From the NCBI GenBank assembly GCA_963715525.1, contig OY970248.1:1272320-1336319 (forward strand): a DNA stretch of 64,000 bases, in the 5' to 3' direction. Both the position numbers and the translations under genes were made by a program. Below the pieces are notes generated by a model. The model was not told the DNA's origin, ran no database searches, and saw nothing but the letters and a program-made list of their open reading frames with translations. This DNA comes from Haloferacaceae archaeon. Its GTDB lineage: Archaea; Halobacteriota; Halobacteria; Halobacteriales; Haloferacaceae. Positions 18,815-27,982 of this stretch are shown piece by piece; position 1 is the first letter of the stretch, and the number at the start of each line of letters is the position of its first letter.

Positions 18815-19615
18815 GTGATGGTACCGCTTTCGGACTACCTGTTCGTATTCGCCGCCGGTCTAATCACGGCGCTGGCTACCGGCCTCGGCGCGCTCCCGTT
18901 CTTCGTCGTCGACGAGGTGAGCGACCGCTGGACCGTCGTCCTGTGGGGACTCGCGTCCGGAATCATGGTCTCGGCTTCGATCTTCGGACTCATCGAACAG
19001 GGGTTGGCGAACGGGTCCGCGATCCAACTGCTGTTCGGCATGGGTCTCGGCGTCGCACTCGTCGTCGTCGCTCACGAGGTGATCGAGGGCTACGACGTGA
19101 ATCCCAGACAATACGAAGCCGCCGACTACCGGAAGCTACTCCTGATTCTCGGTATCCTCACCGTCCACAGCTTCCCAGAGGGTATCGCCGTCGGCGTCTC
19201 GTTTGCCGATATGGGGCTTTCGGGCGGCGTCGGCCTGCTCGGATTCACCGTGCCGATACTTGCGCTGTTCATGACGATCGCGATCTCGATCCACAACATT
19301 CCGGAGGGGCTGGCGATCTCGATTCCGCTCAAGACGCTCGGCGTGAGCCGCTGGAAGCTCGTCTGGTGGGCGGTGTTTTCGAGCCTCCCGCAGCCCATCG
19401 GTGCGGTCATCGCCTTCGCGTTCGTCGTCGTCGCTCGCCAGTTCCTCCCGTTCGGATTCGGCTTCGCCGCCGGTGCGATGATCTATCTCGTCCTCGCGGA
19501 GTTCATCCCAGAGGCGCTCGATCTCGGGGCGAATCTGCCCGGCGGCGGCCGTAGGGAACTCCTCTCGGGACTCGCCGTCGGCTTCGCGGTCATGGTTCCG
19601 CTGGCGTTCCTCTGA
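18815..19615 (+). CDS. zupT: ZIP family metal (zinc) transporter
   Basis: HSFPEGIAVG and HNIPEGLAIS motifs; eight predicted TM helices. Confidence 0.85.
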   Translation: MMVPLSDYLFVFAAGLITALATGLGALPFFVVDEVSDRWTVVLWGLASGIMVSASIFGLIEQGLANGSAIQLLFGMGLGVALVVVAHEVIEGYDVNPRQYEAADYRKLLLILGILTVHSFPEGIAVGVSFADMGLSGGVGLLGFTVPILALFMTIAISIHNIPEGLAISIPLKTLGVSRWKLVWWAVFSSLPQPIGAVIAFAFVVVARQFLPFGFGFAAGAMIYLVLAEFIPEALDLGANLPGGGRRELLSGLAVGFAVMVPLAFL

Positions 19616-19630
19616 GCGGCGCGTTCGCGC

Positions 19631-19864
19631 TCACACCGCCCGGTACCGCCGAATCCACACGGGCGAGTCGGTGCTCCCCCGCGCTCGCGTGAGTTCCTTT
19701 CGCCGTTCGAGTTCGGTCAACAGCGTCTCCGCCGTCTCTCGGTCGATTCGACAGTCCGCTGCGACGATGCCGATTGTCTTCGGCTGGTAGACCGAGAACG
19801 TCGCCAGCACGTCGTCCGCGCTGACTCCGTTTCGGCGGCCCTGCCGGATCGGTTCCGTGTACAT
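19631..19864 (-). CDS. hypothetical small basic protein (possible DNA-binding)
   Basis: 77-aa ORF from the internal Met; moderate coding appearance. Confidence 0.35.
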   Translation of the reverse strand: MYTEPIRQGRRNGVSADDVLATFSVYQPKTIGIVAADCRIDRETAETLLTELERRKELTRARGSTDSPVWIRRYRAV

Positions 19865-20037
19865 TGTTCCTCCTCCCCGTCGCGTAATACGTTGCCACAG
19901 CTCATAGGATTGCGCGTTCGTTCCCAACTTCCGGTAGCGACGCTGAGAGCTCATCGATAGCGAAAAACGGGTGGATAGATTCGGAACGGACCGCGAGCGA
20001 TCCCGTTCGAGAGTCGGCTCAGTGATCGAGAGTCGGC

Positions 20038-20322
20038 TCAGTGACTGTGGCCGGTCGCTTCCGCGAGCGAGACGCCGAAGCGTTCCTCGAACAGTTCCTC
20101 GGCCGTGTCGTTCATCTCTTGGAGGTCGGTCGGAACCTCGCCTTCGCTGTGGTGGACGATGGCGTGTGCCTGCTGGACGAACGCTTGGAGGACGACGTCG
20201 CCGACGACGGCCGTCGGATCCTCGCCCTGCTCTGCGAGTACGTCGACGAGTCCCGCCGGGAGGTCGACCGTATCACTGTCGCCGTCCGGACCTTCGATGG
20301 TGTAGGTTTCCGTTTCAGCCAT
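20038..20322 (-). CDS. small acidic conserved hypothetical protein
   Basis: 94 aa from MAETETYTIEGPDG...; high GC3. The upstream part of the ORF is Arg-rich and likely non-coding. Confidence 0.45.
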   Translation of the reverse strand: MAETETYTIEGPDGDSDTVDLPAGLVDVLAEQGEDPTAVVGDVVLQAFVQQAHAIVHHSEGEVPTDLQEMNDTAEELFEERFGVSLAEATGHSH

Positions 20323-20548
20323 ACCCCCACTCGGTGAGGCACACTTAAAGGGCCTGTGGAACGGCGAGGCGAGCGAACGAGTCGTCCGTCGCCGTTTCGC
20401 CAGACGCCGAGTGGTCCCACGATCGGGCCGGGTTCGACGGCGGGGAACGGCAGTTCGATTACGGGTGGCCGGCTCGAACGCTGTCGGCGGCGATTCTGAC
20501 CTCCTCGCCGTCGGCGGGATTTTTATCCAGGGGTACGAACGTTCCGCT

Positions 20549-22177
20549 ATGTCGAAGGCGACCCGTCGGGCGGTGGCGTACGTCGTTCTCGCCATCGCGG
20601 TGATGGTCGGGTACGCGCTCGTTTACCAGTGGGTGATGGCGACGTTCGAGGGGCACCCGATCCCGTTCGTTCAGGCGCTTCACTCCGTGGTGGAGACCTT
20701 CACGACGACCGGGTACGGCGAGGAGGCGCAGTTCTGGCACACGCCGGCTATCTTCCTGCTGAACATCGTGATGATGCTCACCGGCGTGGTCCTCATCTTT
20801 CTCACCCTCCCGTTGTTCATCGTCCCGCTGGTCGAATCGGCGCTGACGACGGAGCCACCGACGTCGGTCGATACGACCCGACACGCCATCATCTGTAAGT
20901 TCACTCCCCGCGGCGACACGCTGGTCGACGAACTCGATTCGATGGGTCGGCCGTACGTGATCGTCGAATCGGATCGAGACCGCGCACAGCAACTGTACGA
21001 GGGTGGGTACTCGGTGATGCACGGCGACCCGGAGACAGTCGAGGCGCTGGAGGCGGCGAACGTGAGCGACGCCATCGCGCTCGTCGCCGACGACACCGAC
21101 GAGCGAAACGCGAGTATCGTTCTCGCGGCCAGACAGGCCGCTTCGGACCTCCAGATCATCAGCTTCGTCGAGGACGCAGACACCGGCGATTACCATCGCT
21201 ACGCCGGAGCTAACAAGGTCGTTTCCCCGCGTAGACTCCTCGGGACGCGACTGGCGAGCAAGGCGACGAACGCGGTCTCGTCTGCGCTGGGCGAGTCCGT
21301 CGAGATCGGCGAAGACTTCGAAATCGCGGAGTTTCTCGTTCACCAGGGGAGTCCGCTCGTCGACCGGACCATCGCCGACAGCGGCGTCGGGGAGATGACG
21401 GGAACGAACATCATCGGCGCGTGGTTTCGCGGCGAGTTCGTCACGCCACCCGCACCGGACGACGTGATCGACGAGCACACCATCCTGTTGGTCGCCGGCC
21501 GCGAACAGCAACTCGAGCGACTGAAGGAACTCACGCTCTCCGAGACCCATCACCGTCGCCGGGGGAAGGTCATCGTCGCCGGGTACGGCGAAGTCGGGAC
21601 GACGGCCGCGGACACGCTCGCCAGCGCGGGCGTCCCCGTCACGACGGTCGACGTGACAGAGAAGTCCGGCGTCCACGTCGTCGGCGACGTGACCGACCAG
21701 CGGACGCTCGAATCGGCCGGAATCGACGGCGCGCGGAGTATCGTCCTCACGCTCGCCGACGACACGACGACCATCTTCGCGGCCCTCGCCATCCGGCAAC
21801 TCGCGCCGAACGTCGAGGTGATCGCCCGTGCGAACGAGACCGAGAGCGTCCCCAAACTCTACCGCGCCGGTGCCGAGTACGTCCTCGCGCTGTCGACGGT
21901 GTCCGGACGCATGCTCGCCTCGAACCTGCTCGACGAGGAAGTGATCGCACCGGACACACAGGTCCAGATCGTCCGCACCGACGCGCCGGGGCTGGTCGGG
22001 AGGAGTCTCGCCGAAGCGGACGTGCGAGCCCGGACGAACTGCACCGTCATCGCCGCCGAGCGCAACGGCGACCTCATCACGGAGGTCCGCCCGGACTTCG
22101 TTGTGCGGACCGACGACGAACTCATCGTCGCGGGGGCCGACGAGGACGTGAATCGGTTCACCGATCTCGTCGGGTGA
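20549..22177 (+). CDS. potassium channel with two cytoplasmic RCK/TrkA-N domains
   Basis: Selectivity filter TTTGYGE after two TM helices. Second RCK has GxGxxG (AGYGEVG); first RCK motif is degenerate. Confidence 0.8.
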   Translation: MSKATRRAVAYVVLAIAVMVGYALVYQWVMATFEGHPIPFVQALHSVVETFTTTGYGEEAQFWHTPAIFLLNIVMMLTGVVLIFLTLPLFIVPLVESALTTEPPTSVDTTRHAIICKFTPRGDTLVDELDSMGRPYVIVESDRDRAQQLYEGGYSVMHGDPETVEALEAANVSDAIALVADDTDERNASIVLAARQAASDLQIISFVEDADTGDYHRYAGANKVVSPRRLLGTRLASKATNAVSSALGESVEIGEDFEIAEFLVHQGSPLVDRTIADSGVGEMTGTNIIGAWFRGEFVTPPAPDDVIDEHTILLVAGREQQLERLKELTLSETHHRRRGKVIVAGYGEVGTTAADTLASAGVPVTTVDVTEKSGVHVVGDVTDQRTLESAGIDGARSIVLTLADDTTTIFAALAIRQLAPNVEVIARANETESVPKLYRAGAEYVLALSTVSGRMLASNLLDEEVIAPDTQVQIVRTDAPGLVGRSLAEADVRARTNCTVIAAERNGDLITEVRPDFVVRTDDELIVAGADEDVNRFTDLVG

Positions 22178-22230
22178 TTCGACCGTTCACCGACCTCGTC
22201 GAGCGATTCGACCGTTCACCGATCTTGGTG
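22150..22230 (+). repeat. approx. 2.7 copies of a 27-29 bp tandem repeat spanning the stop codon of the K+ channel gene
   Basis: aatcggttcaccgatctcgtcgggtg / attcgaccgttcaccgacctcgtcgagcg / attcgaccgttcaccgatcttggtgg. Confidence 0.5.
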
Positions 22231-22242
22231 GCGGAATCCTAC

Positions 22243-22830
22243 TCACCAGCGCCGACCGAACGGCGTCAGCGGACCGAGAACGTAGATCCACGCGCCGAGG
22301 AGGAGCGCCCCGAAGGTCTCGGGGACGGCGAGTCCGCCCGGAACGATCCCGCGAACCCACGCGTACCAGACGGCGAAGTGTAGTACGGCGAGGGCGACAC
22401 AGAGGACACCGGTCAGTTCGTTCCGACGGGTGATGCCATCGGTGGCGAGCGTCGCGGTCAGCAGGAGGTAAAACGAGACGGCGATCGGGAGGTGGAGCGG
22501 CGTGCCTTCGAGGAAGACGCCGACGAGGCCCATCGTGATCGCCGCGAGTGTGAACTCGACGGCGACGAGTCGTTCGAGGGCGGTCGTGGCAGCGTTCCCG
22601 AGCGACCACACGAACGCGAGCGCCAGTATCGCGGCGACGATCAGCCCACCGTTGAACAGGAGCGCCGTGGCCGGAGCGACACCGAGATCCGAGAGCGCGC
22701 TGTGTGACCAGTCGAACGTAGACGAAACGAGGATCGCCGCGGCGATCCCCCCGAGTCCGACGACGGGGGCCGTGAATCCCGCGTACCGCGAGACGGAACT
22801 GTACCGCGACGATCGGGACGCAGTCTGCAT
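22243..22830 (-). CDS. polytopic membrane protein, DUF998-like
   Basis: Six or more hydrophobic helices; DWSHSALSDLG segment near the N-terminus resembles DUF998 proteins. Start at internal Met. Confidence 0.6.
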   Translation of the reverse strand: MQTASRSSRYSSVSRYAGFTAPVVGLGGIAAAILVSSTFDWSHSALSDLGVAPATALLFNGGLIVAAILALAFVWSLGNAATTALERLVAVEFTLAAITMGLVGVFLEGTPLHLPIAVSFYLLLTATLATDGITRRNELTGVLCVALAVLHFAVWYAWVRGIVPGGLAVPETFGALLLGAWIYVLGPLTPFGRRW

Positions 22831-23111
22831 GCCGGTAGTGTGTGGCCGGTCGATATATAGTTCGATCGTCAATTATGGGTGTCACCCGTCACATCCCGTG
22901 TGGTGGCGGGTCGCTAGAATAGTATCTGACGATGCGATAGCCGGTCGATTAACCGTCGCTGGGTGGGGCTTTCGAAGTCGACCCAGTGGTGTCTCATGCC
23001 TGTTCGGCTTCATCAAAATCTCCACACTTGCCCCGCGGAACACGTTTTTGCGCCGTCGCCCCGAAGTTCGAGTCACATGCGTCAAATGGATGCGGATCGG
23101 GTGACACGGCG

Positions 23112-24092
23112 ATGAACATGCTCGTCGACGGCGAGTGGCGAACCGACGCCTACGAGGCGACGAACGACGACGGCCGGTTCGACCGAGACGAGACGTCGTT
23201 CCGGAGTTGGATCGGAGACGACGGGGACGCCGAGTTCCCGGCCGAGGCGGGGCGCTATCACCTCTACATCTCGCGGGCGTGTCCGTGGGCCCACCGAACG
23301 GCGATGACGCGCGCGCTGAAAGGGCTCGAACACGCAGTGTCGCTCTCGCTCGTCGAACCCGTCCGCCACGACGACGGGTGGGAGTTCTCCGAGCGATATC
23401 CCGACCCGCTCACCGACGCGCCGTATCTGCGGGACGTCTATACGAGGGCCGATCCGGAGTACACGGGCCGCGTCACGGTGCCGGTCCTCTGGGACAGAGA
23501 GCGCGAGACCGTCGTCAACAACGAGTCCGAAGAGATCATGCGGATGCTCGATACGGCGTTCGACGACTTCGCCGAGCGCGACGTCGACCTGTATCCAGAG
23601 GGCCACCGTGACGAGGTCGACCACTTGATCGAAGCCATCTACGAACCGATCAACAACGGCGTCTACCGGGCCGGATTCGCCGACACGCAGAGCGCCTACG
23701 ACAACGCCGTCGAGGAGTTGTTCGACGCGTTCGACCACTTCGAGCGGGTACTGAGCAGCAAGCGGTACCTCGCAGGCGAGATGCTCACCGAAGCCGACCT
23801 CGCGATGTTCGCGACCCTCGTCCGCTTCGACCACGTCTACCACACGCACTTCAAATGCAACCGTCGGGCCGTCCACGAGTATCCGAACCTCTGGAACTAC
23901 ACGAAGGAACTCTACCAACTCCCGGGGATCGCCCACACGGTCAACCTAGAGCACATCATCCACCACTACTACGAGAGTCACGGCGACCTGAATCCGAAAG
24001 GGCTCGTTCCTATCGGACCGGACATCGAGTTCACCGAGGAACACGACCGGGACCGACTGCCCGGCGGGCCGCCGGACGGCCTGTTCGAGTGA
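23112..24092 (+). CDS. glutathionyl-hydroquinone reductase (Xi-class GST, YqjG/ECM4-like)
   Basis: Hallmark CPWAHR active-site motif. GST N-terminal and C-terminal fold pattern. Length ~326 aa. Confidence 0.8.
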   Translation: MNMLVDGEWRTDAYEATNDDGRFDRDETSFRSWIGDDGDAEFPAEAGRYHLYISRACPWAHRTAMTRALKGLEHAVSLSLVEPVRHDDGWEFSERYPDPLTDAPYLRDVYTRADPEYTGRVTVPVLWDRERETVVNNESEEIMRMLDTAFDDFAERDVDLYPEGHRDEVDHLIEAIYEPINNGVYRAGFADTQSAYDNAVEELFDAFDHFERVLSSKRYLAGEMLTEADLAMFATLVRFDHVYHTHFKCNRRAVHEYPNLWNYTKELYQLPGIAHTVNLEHIIHHYYESHGDLNPKGLVPIGPDIEFTEEHDRDRLPGGPPDGLFE

Positions 24093-24196
24093 CGTCGAAC
24101 GAGAGTCCGTCACTCGTCGCTCCGAAGGCTCACCGAACACGTGTCAAAAAAGCAGAAAACTGATGAGGGACGATAGTGTATCTCGACTGAGATCCG

Positions 24197-24487
24197 ATGC
24201 CACTTCCTGCCCCACGCCCCCAGAACACACGACCGCTCTCGCGTAGTATCGGTCGGGTGCTACTCACGGGGTTCGTGCTCTCGGTGATCGCGTTCTTACT
24301 CTACCCGTCGATCAACGTTCGGTCAGCGACGCCCCTCCTGCACGCGATCGGGATAGAGCGAATCGTCGTCTATTCACCCATCGAACTGATGGCGATCTTC
24401 TTCGCGACCTACTTCGTCGTCTTCTGTCTCGTAGCGGCGCTCTTCGAGTTCGCGCGCCAGCGGATCGCCGCGACGAGCGCTCGATGA
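24197..24487 (+). CDS. hypothetical small membrane protein
   Basis: Two hydrophobic helices. Coding appearance is moderate. Confidence 0.4.
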   Translation: MPLPAPRPQNTRPLSRSIGRVLLTGFVLSVIAFLLYPSINVRSATPLLHAIGIERIVVYSPIELMAIFFATYFVVFCLVAALFEFARQRIAATSAR

Positions 24488-24517
24488 GCACGCAACCCAG
24501 ACAACCCGCAGCCTCCC

Positions 24518-25204
24518 TCACTCCAACGCCGCGACCAGCGACGACAGCGTTTCGAGGTCGTACTGACCAGGCGCGGTCGCGTTCGCCGGATCGACCGGCG
24601 CGTACCCGATCTTCGACCCGTATACCGGCGCGACGGCGCGCGTGTGACGACCCGCTTCCCCCATCGCCATCGTCGCGACGGTCGACCCGACCGTCGTCGC
24701 TTCGTGCGTCGCTGTCAACAACGCGAGTGCGTCACCAGTCGTCTCTGCCGTGACTGCCAGTTTCCCGACGTCACCGGCGGCAGCGGCGGTATCGAGTAGG
24801 CGACGAAGGCTCTCTCGATCCGGCGTCCCCTCGAAGTCGTGGACGGAGGCGACGACAGACGCGCCACACTGACGAGCGAGGTCGCGGACGGACACGGCCT
24901 CGTCGGCGTCGACACCGTGTTCGCCGCGGAGACTCGCCAGTTCGATATCGACGGCGTCGACGGCGTCGAACTCGACCGCCTCGGCCAGCGCGTCCAATCG
25001 CCCGTCACCGTCGGCTTCGCCGCCCTCCCACGCCGCGCGGTTCGTCGCGAGGATCGGCAATCGGCCGTCGTAGGCCGCCAACTGGTCGAGCGGGTCTGCC
25101 GCGAGATCCATCCGGAACTCGACGGCGTCTGCGTGCGGTCGCGCCGCCGGTTCGTCGGTGAGGTCGCCGGTAGCCGCCGCGAGGACGAACGACTCGAAGT
25201 TCAT
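24518..25204 (-). CDS. aroD: 3-dehydroquinate dehydratase, type I
   Basis: Length and motif pattern of type I DHQase (EFRMDL ... ILTNR-like ATNRAAWEGG ... SKIGYAP). Confidence 0.85.
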   Translation of the reverse strand: MNFESFVLAAATGDLTDEPAARPHADAVEFRMDLAADPLDQLAAYDGRLPILATNRAAWEGGEADGDGRLDALAEAVEFDAVDAVDIELASLRGEHGVDADEAVSVRDLARQCGASVVASVHDFEGTPDRESLRRLLDTAAAAGDVGKLAVTAETTGDALALLTATHEATTVGSTVATMAMGEAGRHTRAVAPVYGSKIGYAPVDPANATAPGQYDLETLSSLVAALE

Positions 25205-25342
25205 ATCGGTGACTCCGAGGCGGGCGACAAAACGCTACGCGTTGCTCACAATATCCGCTCTTCGACACGCGAATCGAGAAAGAACAGAACGCAGAACGGC
25301 AGAGGCGGGAGAGATCGCAGTCTCGGAGGGCCAGGTCTCAGT

Positions 25343-26299
25343 TCAGGCGACGCCGAGTTCCTCGGCTTCGAGCAACTCGTGGTAGCGGTTGCGGATGGTG
25401 ACTTCGCTGATGTCTGCGACCTGACTCACCGCGGCTTGCGTCGTCTTCTCGTTGGTCAGGAGCGCGGCGGCGTAGACCGCGGCGGCCGCGAGGCCGACCG
25501 GGCTCTTGCCCGAGTGGACGCCCTGTTCTTTCGCGTTCTTCAGGAGTTGACGCGCCCGGCGTTCGGTCTCCTCGGAGAGTCCGAGCGAGGACGTAAATCG
25601 CGGGACGTACTGTTCGGGATCTGCGGGCTTGACTTCGAGCGAGAGTTCGCGGGAGACGTAGCGGTACGTCCGGGCGATTTCGCTCTTTTCGACGCGGGAG
25701 ACGTCGCTGATCTCGTCTAAGCTGCGGGGGACGCCGGCCATCCGGGCGGCGGCGTACACACAGGAGGTGGCGACGCCCTCGATCGAACGGCCCGGGAGCA
25801 ACCCGTCGTTGAGCGCGCGGCGGTAGATGACCGACGCGGTCTCGCGGACGTTGGTCGGGAGTCCGAGCGCCGAGGCCATGCGATCGATCTCGCCGAGGGC
25901 CTGCTTCAGGTTGCGCTCTTTCGAGTCGCGGGTGCGGAAGCGCTCGTTCCACTTGCGGAGGCGCTGCATCTTCTGTCGCTGTCGGTTCCCGAGGGTTCGG
26001 CCGTAGGCGTCTTTGTTTCGCCAGTCGATGTTCGTCGACAGCCCCTTGTCGTGCATCGTGTTCGTCGTCGGGGCGCCGACGCGGGACTTCTGATCTTTCT
26101 CTCTCGAATCGAAGGCGCGCCACTCCGGACCGCGGTCGACGGAGTCTTCTTCGACGACTAACCCGCAGTCGGCACAGATACTCTCGCCGTGGCCCTCGTC
26201 GGCGACGATGTGTCCCCCACACTCCGGGCACTCGAATCGCTCGCCGCGCGGTGATACCTCTTCGGTCTGTCGTGTCTGCGTCTGCGTCTTTTCGCTCAT
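25343..26299 (-). CDS. tfb: transcription initiation factor IIB (TFB)
   Basis: N-terminal zinc ribbon CPECGG...CADCG; B-finger; two cyclin-fold repeats. Confidence 0.9.
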   Translation of the reverse strand: MSEKTQTQTRQTEEVSPRGERFECPECGGHIVADEGHGESICADCGLVVEEDSVDRGPEWRAFDSREKDQKSRVGAPTTNTMHDKGLSTNIDWRNKDAYGRTLGNRQRQKMQRLRKWNERFRTRDSKERNLKQALGEIDRMASALGLPTNVRETASVIYRRALNDGLLPGRSIEGVATSCVYAAARMAGVPRSLDEISDVSRVEKSEIARTYRYVSRELSLEVKPADPEQYVPRFTSSLGLSEETERRARQLLKNAKEQGVHSGKSPVGLAAAAVYAAALLTNEKTTQAAVSQVADISEVTIRNRYHELLEAEELGVA

Positions 26300-26416
26300 G
26301 GGTGGGACGGCTGGTGCTACCGGGGGCGAATCGGCCCGAAAAACCCGGAAGCGTTCCTTGCATCGAACTAGGTCGAAAGATATTTAAATCGTTCGGTGTG
26401 AGCTTGTTAAACAGTG

Positions 26417-26505
26417 CCACGAGGCTCGAGCGAACGGTTTCTGTGTGAGTAATTCTCGTATTAAATACAGTAATCGCCTCGTGGAGCAATCGTGTTGCCA
26501 CGAGA
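26417..26505. promoter_or_regulatory. GCCACGAG motif x3 (two direct, one inverted) plus palindromic AT-rich TATA-like elements in the tfb / SBP divergent intergenic region
   Basis: gccacgaggc (26417-26), gcctcgtgg (26476-84), gccacgag (26498-505). tatttaaat and gtattaaatac sit nearby. Confidence 0.3.
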
Positions 26506-26596
26506 AGGACGAATCCCCGGTGTCGTCTTCGCCGTCGTCGGTCTCCAATCCACGCATCGCCATACCGAAGTCCGGCGGCGCCGTGGGGACGGACAC

Positions 26597-27325
26597 ATGA
26601 GCGACGGACTGAGGATCGTCTCGCTCGCGCCGAGTGCGACGGCGACGCTGAGGGCGATGGGTGCCGCAGACGACGTCGTCGGCAGCACGGTCCACTGCGA
26701 GTTCGACGGCGCGACGGTCGGCGGCTGGCTCAACCCGGAGTACGACCGGATCGACGAACTCGACCCCGACCTCGTCTGCACCGCCGACGCGCTCCAGACG
26801 GACGTCCGCGACGAGTTGCGCGACCGAGGCTACGCGGTCCACCACGCCGACCCGCGGACGCTCGACGGAGTCGTCGACTCGTTCGGTGAACTCGGGGCCG
26901 CCGTCGACCGTCCGGACGCGGGCGAGCGGTTGATCGAGCGTTCGCGCGACCGACTCGCCCGCGTCCGTTCTTTCCTCGACGACGGCGAGCGGCCGACGGT
27001 CTACTGCGAGGAGTGGTCCGACCCGCCGATGGCCGCGGGCAACTGGGTTCCGGACGTCGTCGCCGCCGCCGGTGGTTACTACCCGTTCGTCGACGCTGGC
27101 GAACGATCGCGCGAGATCGACCGCGAGACGGTCGAAGCCGCCGACCCGGATCATATCGTACTCCACGTCTGCGGGCGCGGCGACCGCGTCGACCCCGACG
27201 TCGTCCGACGGCGCGACTGGAATCTCCACGCCCGCGTTCACGTCGTCGACGACTTCCTCCTGAACCAGCCGAGCCCCCGACTGCTCGACGGCGTCGAGAC
27301 CCTCGTCGAACTGCTCGCGAACTGA
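26597..27325 (+). CDS. periplasmic-binding-protein family 2 (BtuF/cobalamin-siderophore binding-like) protein without signal peptide
   Basis: LRIVSLAPSATATLRAMGAADDVVG is a Peripla_BP_2-type N-terminus. No signal peptide or lipobox. Confidence 0.65.
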   Translation: MSDGLRIVSLAPSATATLRAMGAADDVVGSTVHCEFDGATVGGWLNPEYDRIDELDPDLVCTADALQTDVRDELRDRGYAVHHADPRTLDGVVDSFGELGAAVDRPDAGERLIERSRDRLARVRSFLDDGERPTVYCEEWSDPPMAAGNWVPDVVAAAGGYYPFVDAGERSREIDRETVEAADPDHIVLHVCGRGDRVDPDVVRRRDWNLHARVHVVDDFLLNQPSPRLLDGVETLVELLAN

Positions 27326-27365
27326 TTCCGATAGGCCGATAGGTGGCCGCGACGCAGGCGGACGT

Positions 27366-27899
27366 ATGAAGATCGGCGTCGGGAGTGGAAACCCGGTGAA
27401 ACGACGAGCGGTCGAATCGGTCGTTCGAAGCGAAGCGATCGCATCGACCTTCGGAGACGTTACCGTCGAGACGGCTCCCGTCTCGTCGGGTGTGAGTGAG
27501 CAGCCTCACGGCCACGACGAGACGGTCAGCGGTGCGGAGAACCGCGCTCGCAACGTCCTCGCGGATGGGGCATACGACTTCGGCGTCGGCGTCGAAGGCG
27601 GCGTCGCGGAGTTCGACGGGACGGACGGGCTCTATCTGGTGATGTGGGCGGCGGTCACGGACGGCGACCACTGGGGGCGCGGTGCGGGACCGAGTCTCGA
27701 ACTCCCGGAGTCCGTCGCAGACCGCGTCCGCGATGGCGCAGAACTCGGGCCGGTGATGGACGACGTCCTCGGCACGGAGAACGTCGCCAGAAAGCAGGGT
27801 GCCGCGGGTGCGCTCACGGGCGGTCGGATCGACCGCGAGACGGCGCTGACGACGGCCGTCGCCGGCGCGTTCGGCCCCTTCGTGACGGAACTGTACTGA
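27366..27899 (+). CDS. inosine/xanthosine triphosphatase (non-canonical purine NTP phosphatase, YjjX/DUF84)
   Basis: MKIGVGSGNPVKRRAV N-terminus and length (~177 aa) typical of the YjjX family. Confidence 0.75.
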   Translation: MKIGVGSGNPVKRRAVESVVRSEAIASTFGDVTVETAPVSSGVSEQPHGHDETVSGAENRARNVLADGAYDFGVGVEGGVAEFDGTDGLYLVMWAAVTDGDHWGRGAGPSLELPESVADRVRDGAELGPVMDDVLGTENVARKQGAAGALTGGRIDRETALTTAVAGAFGPFVTELY

Positions 27900-27982
27900 C
27901 TCGTCACGATTCTGTTTCTCACGGCTCTCGAGTTCGCTTCGCTCGGAGTACTGAAAAGAAGTGACGCGAAGGTACGCTTCGA

